64,000 nt of DNA from Zootoca vivipara (Eukaryota), in NCBI RefSeq assembly GCF_963506605.1, contig NC_083280.1, positions 29,078,001-29,142,000 of the forward strand. The letters run 5' to 3'. This document shows positions 43,789-56,700 of this stretch, in pieces (the stretch's first letter is position 1; the number at the start of each line of letters is the position of its first letter). The notes under the pieces were generated by a model that worked only from the letters and a program-made list of their open reading frames with translations, made no database searches and had not been told where the DNA came from. Position numbers and translations under genes: made by a program.

Positions 43789-44658
43789 ACCTAAAAAAGA
43801 TACATCACTAGCACACAACTGTGCCCAAAGGCACTGCAGAAGAGCTGCCAGGAGCTTCTTTTTACACACCATAATGTTTAGTTCTTAAATTATACTGAAA
43901 ACAATATGGATGGGTTTAACCAATCAGCAGATCTAAAGAGGGCATATCCTAGCCAAATAAAAGCTGTTATCTAGAAGACCTAAACTGTATCTTCTGAGCC
44001 ACATCAAATTCTGTTCCAGAGCATGAGACGTAAATTCTGTGCAGAGAAGCAGCTCCTGGCAAGCAGAAGCTTCCACATTGAGCTCAATGTAAAGTGAGAC
44101 TCAGCATTATCCAACAATGAAAAGCGTGCCACAAGCCCATCTCACTCAAGTGAATGGGTACTGCCCACGTATAGTTCCTGCACATCTCTCTTCCCTTTCA
44201 TTTCAATTGTGCTTGCACAGATATGCCAAGCCAATTGTACTCAGATTTTTTTTTAAGGATTCCAAATAGAAAATAAACATTTTCATTCTACATTTGCATC
44301 CGAACAGTATATATTCAAAACACAAGCAAATGATTATCAAAGAAAATAAACCCAAATGCATTATAATTTAAGAACTGAGCTTTGTGGAGTGAGAAATCCC
44401 CCTTGGTTTATCTGCAGTGTCTTTGAATGTAATCCCAAAAGGAAGTACCTTGCAGGGTATAAGGGTTTAAAGAAACTTTTTCAACTTCACTTTTAACTTT
44501 GGAAGCCCAGAGGCAAAGCAAGTGCACATTTTCCACACACCCTGGTATGATAATTTGCAGGAAACATTATTTTCTGAGAAACTGGTAAACTGAGAAAGGT
44601 CGGACAATGCTCTGGCAACTGGGAAGAGCCCTTTATATATTTTAGAGACCTGAGAATT

Positions 44659-44771
44659 TTACCACCTCTCAAATCGATTAAGTCTTTGCCTTCTAAGTTC
44701 CTCAACTGATGGCTCTTCCGGTGGAAGCCAGAAGCCGTAGGGTCTCCTCTCATTGCTGTAATGTCTTGGGC
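44659..44771 (-). CDS. RHBDD1: RHBDD1 last coding exon (VCP/p97-binding motif EELRRQRLNRF)
   Basis: Minus strand ttaacag|GC CCA AGA...AGG TGG TAA; not in the ORF track. Confidence 0.9.
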
Positions 44772-47700
44772 CTGTTAAGAAAAGCAAATACCAATCACTG
44801 TCATCTTCCGGGATCTACAACAGGCATATTTCTGAGGACTTTTAACATATAGTTTTATAATGTTAGATCAGACCCAAATCTGCAAGTTGCTGCTGCTAAT
44901 ATACTAGGCTGACCTTTATAGCAGGCATCCCCAAACTTTGGCCCTCCGGATGTTTTGGACTACAATTCCCATCATCCCTGACCACTGGTCCTCTTAGCTA
45001 GGGATGATGGGAGTTGTAGGCCAAAACATCTGGAGGGCCGCAGTTTGGGGATGCCTGCTTTATAGTATGTGTAACAATTCTGAGCCAAAGGAAAGACTTG
45101 TCAATGGAACAATTTACGCTTTCTCATCAATATGACACCCGTCCCCTTGAAATTTCGTACATTGGCTCCTCTGTGATGAAATGCAGCAACTGCTGTAATA
45201 AAAAGGGGTGACCACCACCACCCCACACGCCCCTCATAGAAAACACTAGAGTTTTCAGTCAGTGCTCTCTTTTTGTAGAAAGGCATACAGCCATCAAATT
45301 TTCCAACCCTGAGAAGAGAAAAGAAGTTCAGCTTAAGCTCTCCCTCTCAAAAGTAATTTATTCTATTGCTGCAAGGAATTTCCAGTGGAACAAATAGTTT
45401 GTGGCCATGTAGTGTTGCCTGAATATAAAAAAACTGTCTGTGTTCAATTATCTTTTTTGGGGGGGAAAGAACAAGCAGCAATTGCTAGTAGTTTATGGAC
45501 AAGCTAAGCTGCAACTCAGTTTCATGAGAACAACAGGATACTGGGACTTCCTAAAGCAGGGAAGATGTGAGTTCCTCTTCCCAACTACACATCTATGATT
45601 TTGTCAGCTAGGGTGACCATCCAAATAAGTGAAAAAGGATGGCTCAGCGAGTCATGGTGTTTTCATGTTGAAAAACAATTGGGCAGTGAGGTCATTTTAG
45701 GTCCAGAGTGGTGGTGGACCTAAGATTTGTATCTTTGCACTGGCTATTACAAGTTGTGCTGACTACCACCAGTTTATTGGCAGCTTTAAAAAGGACTAGT
45801 CAAATTTGTGAAAGGTGTAAGGTAAAGGGACCCCTGACCGTTAGGTCCAGTCGCGGTCGACTCTGGGGTTGCGGCGCTCATCTCGCTTTACTGGCCAAGG
45901 GAGCCAGCGTACAGCTTCCGGGTCATGTGGCCAGCATGACTAAGCCGCTTCTGGCGAATCAGAGCAGCGCATGGAAATGGCGTTTACCTTCCCCCTGGAG
46001 CGGTACCTATTTATCTACTTGCACTGCGTGCTTTCAAACTGCTAGGTTGGCAGGAGCAGGGACCGAGCAACAGGAGCTCACCCCGTTGCGGGGATTCGAA
46101 CCACCAACCTTCTGATCGGCAAGCCCTAGGCTCTGTAGCTAATAGTAATTGATGGAACTGACAGCTAACTGAAACATCCATGTTCACAAGCAATGTCTCT
46201 GAATAGCAGATTCTGGGGACAAAGAGCAAGGAGGGCCATTGTTGCTGTGTTTGAGCCTCTGGCAGGCTACTGTTAGAAATGGGATGGGCCTTTTGCCTGA
46301 TCCAGCAGAACAGTTATTAGGCATATAGGAGACAGAACTGTGCATGAAGCTGTGGCTCTCTGAGGTTTCTGCCAACCCTGCATGGTCGCTGAACAGCCAG
46401 GCTGTTTTGTTTAAATGTCTCTGCCTTGGGTGTTTAGTTGCATTATTTAAAAAACTATTTTTGTTGTTTATATTGTATGGTTATAAATCTTCTTGAGATT
46501 TATGTGAAAGGAGATGAGCAAAGCAAAGCAACAAATCAAGCAGTTGCAAACACTATCCTCAGATATTCACACAGATCACTTCCTATGTTTTTTCCTTTGT
46601 TTTTAGCTGTTCTTATTTTTATCTGTAAACCGTCTTGAGGCCCTGTCTGGGAAGAAGGTGGGCTATAAATAATTTTTTTTAAAAAATATTATTATAATGT
46701 CAATATTATCTTGTTCATTTAGATCAGGCATCCCCAAACTGCGGCCCTCCAGATGTTTTGGCCTACAACTCCCATGATCTCTAGGTAAGAGGACCAGTGG
46801 TCAGGGATGATGGGAATTGTAGTCCAAAACATCTGGAGGGCCGAAGTTTGGGGATGCCTGATTTAGATGGAATAAGCAAGAACCATACAATTTACTACAA
46901 TTAGAATATTTATTTACACAAAATGGAAAACAGTTTTTTTAAAAAAAATGACATTGCAGCCTACAGTGCCAAAGCCCACTTTCCTTGGACCATAACCTTA
47001 GTTACTAGCATGAGGATAGCAGGGGACAACTAAAGGTGGGAAATTTCCTTATATGGATGTTTGAAGCAAGAAATCCAGGAGAACGAAGGAAAGACTGAAA
47101 TAATCAGAAATGAAAAATGTTCATATGCAAATAATTGTAGTTGAGATCTCACAATTGTTTTAGGTAAGCAAGACTTGTGTAGTACGAAGGGCAGAAAGGA
47201 GGAGAGATTAAACACAATAGTTAAGCACCTTGAAGAAAAGGGAACACTATGCCTACTATGAGGAATAGCTAATAAAACTCTTGGACTTGGATGAGATAGC
47301 AAAGTTAACATGTTTAATTAAAGAAAAATTATTGACATTTATCCAGGACTGGAAACTTCTTATGGACCGCTGTAAACGCAAATGTGTCAGATATGCTCTG
47401 GTTTCTCAGAGTAAAAAGCATCTGTGCCCAAAGTAAATACACAAACATGGAATCAAATCTAGCATACACTTTAGTATGTATGGGAGGTTTCTATTGCACC
47501 TAAACATCAAGGATTAAAATAGTGACTGCTCCAGTGAACAATATTAATTTAGATGCTGATCATGTTCCAGGAGTTCCAGGAGATGGCACCAGAGGCTCAC
47601 AGGCAACACATTAGAGGAAAGTAGGACAAACTCCAGTCAACAAAGCATTCCGCATAGTAAGCAGAATTAGGCTTATTTTGAAACAGATGGGCTCTATAGA

Positions 47701-50700
47701 AGCTGCAGCACTGAATATTATAGAGTTGTTTATTGTCTGGCTGGTTTGAAACCCAGGGATTATTTGCTAGCAACCAGCACTTTCTGTGTCACATCAGGTT
47801 GCATCTAAAACAGAATAAAGTGAAAGCCCACTGGGATATATAGATATACATTTTTTTCTACTAATCCACTGTTGAATTCAGAACTTAAACTTGCTATTAT
47901 GTGGTCTATTCAGCACAGGAGTGTTTTTTTCTGGAAAGATTAGCAGCATACCCGACATCCTAACCCTGATGTAGAACAGCTAGCTAACAGATTTTGTCAG
48001 AGCTGGGAATTGCACAGAAGTACTATGAGAAAATATTTACCACTGTTGGCACTTGTTTTTGAAACATCATTTTGAACACCGTATATTCAATAGCATAAAG
48101 AGATCACATTGGAACTCTCGAGTGCATTGTGAGATGGTCATACTCTAAAAAAAGGCTTGTTACAGTAAATTTGCAAAGCAACTAACACCCTTCCCAATCA
48201 TGAGTGGGGACACATCATGAAGAACACTTCAGACTCTAGAAGTTTTAAAAGATGCAGTTATTGTATGCCACCGACTTGCACAGTATATCACTTGTGTGCT
48301 ACTTGTAGAAGAGTTAATAAACTTTTGTTCAGACTACAATGTTATCTAAGAAATAGTAACATGAGATGTGAGTCATCAAAATTCCACAATAAAACTATTA
48401 GCATTACGAGAACAGAGGGTAGTTGGAATGCAACAGTGATAATAAAACGGGGGACTTGAATACTTGAGAAATACAAAATGGTGAGAAAATGTATTTTACT
48501 GAACCAAAACACTCAATCCAACGTGCCATGACAAGAGGACACATGCACCAATGAAATCAGCTTCGAATATAAAAACTTGCTCTATAAATGCTCTTGTAGA
48601 GATCGGTCCAGTAAAAGAGGCTGTCAAAGGTTGTAAAAACTCAGAACACATGAGAGACCAAAACCCAATTAATTGTGAGTGCCTCATACTACAAATTTTG
48701 CCAACTGTCTTTACTTGGTCTTGACTAGATGCAACTTCAGCTGACTCATTCTTAGTCACAGCTAGACACTCCATAAATGCGGTGGATTCAGTTCAATTTA
48801 TCATAGGCTGGATGGAGGAATTACAGAGCAGGATAGTTAACTGGTGGTCATCCAGATGTTGCTGAATTGTGACTCACATTATCCCTGACCACTGGGTAAG
48901 CTGGCAGGCTGATCAGTGCTATAATTCAGCAACATCAGGAGGGCCACAGATCCCCTACCTGTCCTGGAGCACAGCAAAGCCCAGTTCTACTACCATCCAC
49001 AATTTGACAGTGAGGCTCTGCCATTATAGGGAAAGGGAGGCCTGTATGCACCTCCACATCCAATTTGGTCAAGCTAATTCAAGGATCTAATGAGCATGGG
49101 GCCATAAGATGCAAAAGAACAATGTTCTCAGGTTATAGAAGGCAATACTCTGACCCTGACAAAGGGATCCCTTGGATGGTCCTAAGAACAGGACCAATGG
49201 GTTCCAGAGTAGTACAAAAAAATTATTTAGCATGATCATCATGAATTCATAGAATCATAGAGTTGGAAAAGACCTCATGGGCCATCCAGTCCAACCCCCT
49301 GCCAAGCAGGAAACACCATCAAAGCATTCCTGACAGATGGCTGTCAAGCCTCTGCTTAAAGACCTCCAAAGAAGGAGACTCCATCACACTCCTTGGCAGT
49401 GAATTCCACTGTCGAACAGCTCTTACTGTCAGGAAGTTCTTCCTAATGTTTAGGTGGAATCTTCTTTCTTGTAGTTTGAATCCATTGCTCCGTGTCCGCT
49501 TCTCTGGAGCAGCAGAAAACAAACTTTTTGATTTTGAATTGATCTCATCACGATGGGCATATGTCCTGTCATGCTGGCAAATAATCTCAAATCAGCCGAT
49601 TACACTAATGCTGCCCTGTACAACATCTCTAGGCTTTCTTACTATAACTTTGGAGACCTATATGGTCAATTTCATCCTTCATGCCAGGGAGCAGCAATAG
49701 GAATAGCAGGAATAGCATTGACCCAGGAAGTATCACTTTCTAGCATTTCTTGGGGACATTAGAGTAGGTGTGAGTAGGAAACATGTTGCCCTACAGATGG
49801 ATGACAATGTCCATCATCCTTGACTATTGATCATGCTGACTGGGCTGATGGGAGTTGGGACACCAACAATTTTCTGTGAGGAACCTGCATAAGAAACTGA
49901 AGGTAACAAACCCAGGAAAATCCTGATAGGTAACAAAAGATGTTTACGGCCTTTCTTACAATGTTAAAATCTCTGCTTGAACATATAACCCAAATGTTTA
50001 TTTTTATGTATCATTTATGTATCCCCAAATAAGATTATGAAGTATCATTTGGCTTCAGTGGAACATTTAAGGTTGCCATATCTTGAAGAGCAATTATGGA
50101 TCACTATGACAACTCTCATTTTACATACCCATGAAAAAGAGGCTATGTCCTGGAAAAAGAGGACATATAGCAACCCTACAATATCAAGAATGTTGGTTTA
50201 TAACTTCAGGCAAGAAACAAACACTAGAAGCAAACAAAGGTTTCTTTTCACAAAAATCTTGTTTGATAACAGACAAACAAAAAAACCCTACATATTAAAA
50301 AGGTCATTTTGAGGATTAATTACTATGTACATACAAAACTATGAAGAGTTTTACAACTTGCTCAGAATCTCTCACTGCAATGGGTAAAGTTATTAGGACA
50401 AGAGTTCTTTCTAAACATATGTCTGTAACATGTAGATTTCACAATGAATTTCATAATCAAATAATTTCATAGTGGGTTGGAAGAGGAAATCCCCCCCCCC
50501 AATTTATCAAGGGGGCAAACGAAGAGTTTTAGTAACATTTGAGTAACTGGCACTAAACGTCAACCTCGGTTTTGGCTTTAATTCATCTCAGATGAGAGAC
50601 TGTTTATTCCCTAACAACACTGTTTGGTCTTGCTAATTATGTTGTAATGCCAGGGCATTCTTTCTTGTGTGTCCAAAGTTCACAAAAAGCTTCTGGGTAC

Positions 50701-53700
50701 TGTATAAAGAATACATAATGCATTACCCAGCAGTTCCCCCCCCCCATTGGCAGTACAGCTGGGCTTGTCTTTCCAAACAAAAAACAGCAACGTATACGAC
50801 AGCACTCTATAAAAGACACACTGATATTACATTCAAGTTGCGGGTGGGAGGGAAATGCTTCTCCACAAAAAACAACAACAGGCATTTAAAATGCGTACAA
50901 AGCAGAAATGGGCTGAGTAAATAAATGGGAAGATCTTGGCAATGATTATTGCTTCCTTGCACCTTTTTGCTTAGTCTTTGAGCATCGCTGCCATTTTTGT
51001 TCCAAAGGATGACAAATAAAAATTGGTATAAGTGATACGGTCCCCTGTAGATATCCTATTTCATTGGGGAAGGAGGGAAGGAAGGAAGGAAGGAAGGAAG
51101 GAAGGAAGGAAGGAAGGAAGGAAGGAAGGAAGGAAGGAAGGAAGGAAGGAAGGAAAATATCTTTTTAAGTCCTGTTCAAACACCTTCATCAAGAAAAGGG
51201 AATAAGAACAAAACATGTCAGAGATGTCACCTGGCTACTTAGCCACCTTTCACATGAACATACAGTTCAGAGATGCTTCTTCTACAAACTTCAAGAGAGG
51301 AGGTTTCAAATGGCATGGTGTGCAGATGTACATGAACAGCCTGCTGCAATGAGGCAACAACCAGAGAACATCTTTTTCATAGCAACCACTTGGTATCCAC
51401 TGGTTCCCAGAGCCTATTTGGACACTCTCCAAAGTTCAGCTTTCCCTCTGAAAGCATGGGGTGGGGAGCATAAAGGTGGCAAAGTGCACTCTGTGTGGGT
51501 GGAAGGAACAGTAAAAAGACCTTCAGAGATTGATTAAATGGATCCAAAGTCCTCAGAAAACACTGCAATTTCTAAGCGAGGTACCTCCAGGTCTCTAATG
51601 CAATTAGAGTGGCTCAATAAGAGATCTAAGTTGTGATCATCAAACACAACTATATATGTATATGCACATGGGTGACTTTCACAGGTAGACTCCCTGAAGT
51701 CACACTACAGAACTACTCATGTCATTTCAACCCCCCACTAACCGACCATGCAGTTATTTCTGTGCAGAAGAAAACAATAATTTTCTCCTTCCGACTACCA
51801 TACTATGACACTATCCCTGATCCAGCATCAATAGCTTGACTGTGCAAACGTTGACTGCATTCACATAGGTAACATAAGTCCAAGGTGTGTGGTTGGTTTA
51901 TATCCTAATGCGCACAAGCTGTGTGCTGTTCCATGTAGCTTGAATGCACCCATTTCATTCCTCTCTCTGTCTAGCCAGGAGCAACAGACACGTTTGGCTT
52001 AAACTTATGTCCAAAGCAGCACTTATGGTTTGTTCTTGGCTTCCAGGTTGTGGTTTCTTTCAGATAAGCCACAATGCCAGCTGGATTTCACACCAAGTGA
52101 AGGCTCATGTTTTGTTGCTCCTAGTTAGACCAATTAAGTAGTAAAACTGGAGCACTCAAGCTGTGCACACCAGCACATTATGGTAAACAAGCACACATAC
52201 CAATGCAGCCAGCAGGAATGTGGGGGAAATTCCTTTAACTTTGTTTCTCTCATTATAGTTATAACTTCTTCCCCATATAACTTCTTCCCTAAATGCCATA
52301 CAAATCAATGCTCTGGATTACAAGGTCTGCACACCAGCAACTTGTTGGTTGGCTTTGTTTTGTAGAAGCACAACTTATTCTAGGCACTGGGTGTTTGCTT
52401 GTGAATAAGTGTAAGTCACCACAGATATAATCCAATAGGTGCTTTCAACAGCCATACCAGAATATACTCACCACTATTTCAGCAGTAGTGGTCATACTAC
52501 TAGCGGCTAATTTTGATTTTCCCAGATCAGAACCCTATGAAAAGCTGGAAAAGTTGCTTGACTTGAGACTAAATTACTTAATTTCAGCAGGAAAGCAAAA
52601 GCAAATCAAACGTATTACAACATCTAGGAGTGCTAAAACTGCCTCTCCTCCAATGGCACTAAATATCTTCCTGCCCCAAGCTTTGGACCAGGCATCCCCA
52701 AACTGCGGCCCTCCAGATATTTTGGTCTACAACTCCCATGATCCCTAGCTAACAGGACCTGTGATCAGGGAAGATGGGAATTGTAGTCCAAAACATCTGG
52801 AGGGCCGAAGTTTGGGGATGCCTGCTTCAGACACAAACATGCATTATCCCAAAGGCATTACTCCCCTTCTGAAGAAGCAGGCTTCTAAGCAGAGAAAAAC
52901 CCTTCTGTGCACAATTTTATTTACATCACTGAATGATCCAACAGAGCAGGGCTACTTCTAGGTAAGTCTATCTTGGCTAGGGTTTCTATACTAGATAAGA
53001 ATCCCAACCAAGACAGACCTCTTTCAATTAACATTCTGCTTACTTAGACATTTCATATTACATGGTCAAAATAGTTAAGTAATGTTTTGCTGTACTTCAT
53101 TGATTTTGCAAGTTGAGCCAAAACCATAATTAACAGGTTTATTTGTTTTAGATTTTAAGCATATCTTAATAACAGTGTGTCAGTGAGCTAACTATGGTTG
53201 TGGGCAAGATATCTTAACAAAAACAAAGTCCAGCAGTGTCAAAACAAGATCAAGTATTATAGGACCATGTTGTTGGTACCCTCCCTGTTTCTATGCAATA
53301 CCTTGTATAGAGACATGTATTTTTTTTAAAGTTCCTGTGTGGCACAAACAGCCATTTCAAAGCCCTGCTAGAGGAAACCAAAGGAATATGAATATATGTG
53401 TGCAATATATTTTAAGATTTGTGTGCCCACATTTCTGTGATGTTCATCTGTTTCAAATTATTTGTTTGTATTGACTATATCAGAGACACACCATCACTGA
53501 CATTTTTTATCTCGTTAGCAACTTCATTGTGTATTATTAGTAACAGAATTTACTGACTTTTTTGTAGTAATTTTCATGTGGGAAGTAAACTAACACAGCT
53601 GTGGCTTTGTAAACAGAAGCCAATCATAAACCACTGTATTTCCTGGGAACACAAACTAATGAGCATCCAGAGCTATTTAAAACCATTATTGAACACTATA

Positions 53701-56700
53701 TAAGAGGCAGAGCACTTGGCACTTCCTGCATCCTGGGCCAAGAATTGGAGGATGTACGAAAGTTTTAAATACTTGCATTCTAATAGGGAGAAAGCTGATA
53801 TTGCAATCCACTATTAAAATTACAAAGTTTTGAGTTACACAAAGCAGAACTGGAAGACCTATCTATAAGTGTGAATGTGAAGACAAGTAGCCATTTAAGA
53901 TGGACAGTCATCAAAAAGCCAGAGATAGGGCCTTTTGTCCAGTGATACCCAGACTGTGGAACTTCCCCCACAGGCATATTTGCGTGGCACCAACATTATA
54001 ATATTTTCTATGCCAAACAAACACTGTCTTATGCTCTTGAGTCTCTGATGGCAAATAATACAGATATGATTATTATTCCAGCTGCTCTTCTGTATATTTG
54101 AAGCTGGTTTTTAAAAAATGATTTGTAGGGTGCCTTGAAGACCAAACTTGAAAGAAGGGTGGGTTAATTTAAAAAGAGAAAAAAAGAGAGAAAAGGGGTC
54201 ACTTTAAACTGCTTTGTGAAAAATGCATTCAACGTGGAATGAGTGGTAGGAGGAAGGCTAATCCTCAAAAGCTACAATTGCTATTCCACTAATTGTTCTT
54301 GTTTTTACCAAGGTTATAAATTTCAAATTCCAGACATGTCTTTTGAAGATGATGCAAGTTATAGTTTCAGACAGTCCGAAGTTAGCCACACTCCAGTGAT
54401 ATCATACAATCACCGGGGTAGGAAAAAACAAGATTCCATCCCCCTGCCTGAAGGGACAATTTACCCCACAGCTGAACTCACATTATTCCAGTCACTATGA
54501 GCTGCACATAAACAGCAAGAGTAACAGCACACCACTCCATGGTGTCACAGAGCTGTCTGCTCTGTAGACATGATTATGCAAATATGCTCTCCCACACACT
54601 ATGGAGAAGCAGAAACCCTTCAGCCTCACCAGCCAATACCACCCCTAGCATTTGACAAACAGATGTTAAGTGTGAAGCAAAACACACCCAGAGTCTACCC
54701 TGATTGAATTTTTTTTAAGCTTTAATTAGAATAATTATTAAAATAGAAAACGGTCTGACGTTGAACAGATTCAATGCACAACATACAACAATAGAAAAAG
54801 TCAGTTGCTAACTAAACAAATATGATATTAATATTAAATACAGGCTGTGCAATAACATTCAGCCTTATTCAGTAAAAAAATGTCTCAATCATTCCCCAAA
54901 CCCTAAAGCGAGAGAGACTGGTCTTTAAAACCTCCACACACAAAACCTCAAACTCAGAAATTATTTTAGTAATTCGCCGTTAGTTTTTGACCAATTTATT
55001 CTTCTGTTTACTCTTCAAATAAAATCATTTACAAAACAGCAGCAGCATTTCCAGGCTCCCTGCCTTCTAAGTCCTAATAGAAAATTTAAATTCAAGGTCC
55101 CTGATGCTTTCAGACATGTTGTTCCAGTGCGTCTTTAAGATAGGAGTCCCAAAACCACCTAAGTGTTTAAAGACAAGTGTGCAAGCCAACACCGCACCTG
55201 TTACTGAAAAAAAACATTTCAAGAATTGTGGTAGAAAATAGGAAAGAGCACTCACAAAAATATTTGTGTTATATGAGACTCTTAACCTCGGGGTAGTGGG
55301 TTTGAGGCCCACATTGGGCAAAAGATTACTGCACTGCAGGGGGGTTGAACTAGATGTCCCTTATGGTCCCTACTAACTCTACAATTCTATGAAAGTTCCT
55401 TATTAACCAGAGATGGCACCAACTAGAAGCCTGAAGTACCAGGCAAGGTGTTACGATTTAGGATTTAGTTCCTGTTATTCTACCACTGCGATGAATGGAA
55501 ACGTCAGCAGGAAATGGACGCTTGCCTCTCTTTGTGGTGAGTGCCAATTGTGACCTGACGCAGCACCTCCAGAATGCCCCACTGCACCTCGCCATCTTTG
55601 TTTCAGCCATTGCCACTTCCCCTGGCTGCTGCAGTGCTTCACGGGTCACCGCCAGGCCCACTATTTGAACTAACCAATCCGCTGCGGCCTGGGGGGGCAG
55701 ACCTAGAAGCTGCAGCTTTCACTCAGGTCCGCTCCCCAACCATAAATCTTGACCAGCACTGCACTCAGCAGCTCAGTTGGCCCTGAATAGAGATTTCATG
55801 CATGCTGTGATGTTGTTGTGCCCACAGGCCCTGTCCCTACCTCTCTCCACCTGGTCTAGGGCGGGGCCTGGAAGGCCTCATAAAGGACTGCTGCCGCTGC
55901 TCTGCTGCTGGTGCTGCCCAGGACTCTCTCCTGCTGTGAGTGCCCACAGGCCCTGTCCCTGCCTCCTTCCACCTGGTCTAGGGCGGGGCCTGGAAGGCCT
56001 CATAAAGGACTGCTGCCGCTGCTCTGCTGCTGGTGCTGCCCAGGACTCTCTCCTGCTGTGAGTGCCCACAGGCCCTGTCCCTGCCTCCTTCCACCTGGTC
56101 TAGGGCGGGGCCTGGAAGGCCTCATAAAGGACTGCTGCCGCTGCTCTGCTGCTGGTGCTGCCCAGGGGAACTTGAAACAGCACAGAGTTCTTTTTAAAAT
56201 GCTTTTTAAAGAATTTTTTATGTTTTTATCTTCTTTGGGGTGGTAGGTGGGAGGGATTTTTAGTTGGGTGTGGGAATCAGTTAAATTTTAGTGAATTTGT
56301 AATTTTTATTGTTTTTGGTTTTATTGTTTTATTGTGTTTGGGGTGGTAGGTGGGAGGGATTTTTAGTTGGGTGTGGGAATCTGTTAAATTTTAGTGTATT
56401 TGTAATTTTTATTGTTTTTGGTTTTATTGTTTTATTGTCTTTTTTGTACTCTTCTTTTGTTGAGTTATTGCTGTTTTTTACAGAGGTTTTATTTTGTTTT
56501 TAAGGGGAGGGGTCAGGGCTGCCCGGGAGGGGGTCCCAGCAAGCAAAATGGCTGGGGCAGATTCCACAGGGGGGTGTGCACTGGAACAACCGATCTCAGT
56601 GGTCACGGGTAGGAGGAGGAGTTACGCTAAGACCAGACCATGTCATTACCGAGGAGGCAGACTTAGTCGTTGTCTGAGGACTATCCCTGCCTCCAGGTCT

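Noticed and set aside
45101-45286. 61-aa minus-strand ORF as an alternative RHBDD1 C-terminus
   Set aside because: It needs a phase-2 donor, but the upstream RHBDD1 exons end in phase 1.
49900-55000. Relatively repeat-poor stretch in the last RHBDD1 intron as conserved non-coding elements or a hidden gene
   Set aside because: No ORF, RNA motif or exon chain that I can support; a cross-species alignment is needed.
55818-56165. Regularly spaced repeats as a CRISPR-like array
   Set aside because: Contiguous near-identical 122-bp units with no unique spacers, in a vertebrate LINE context.
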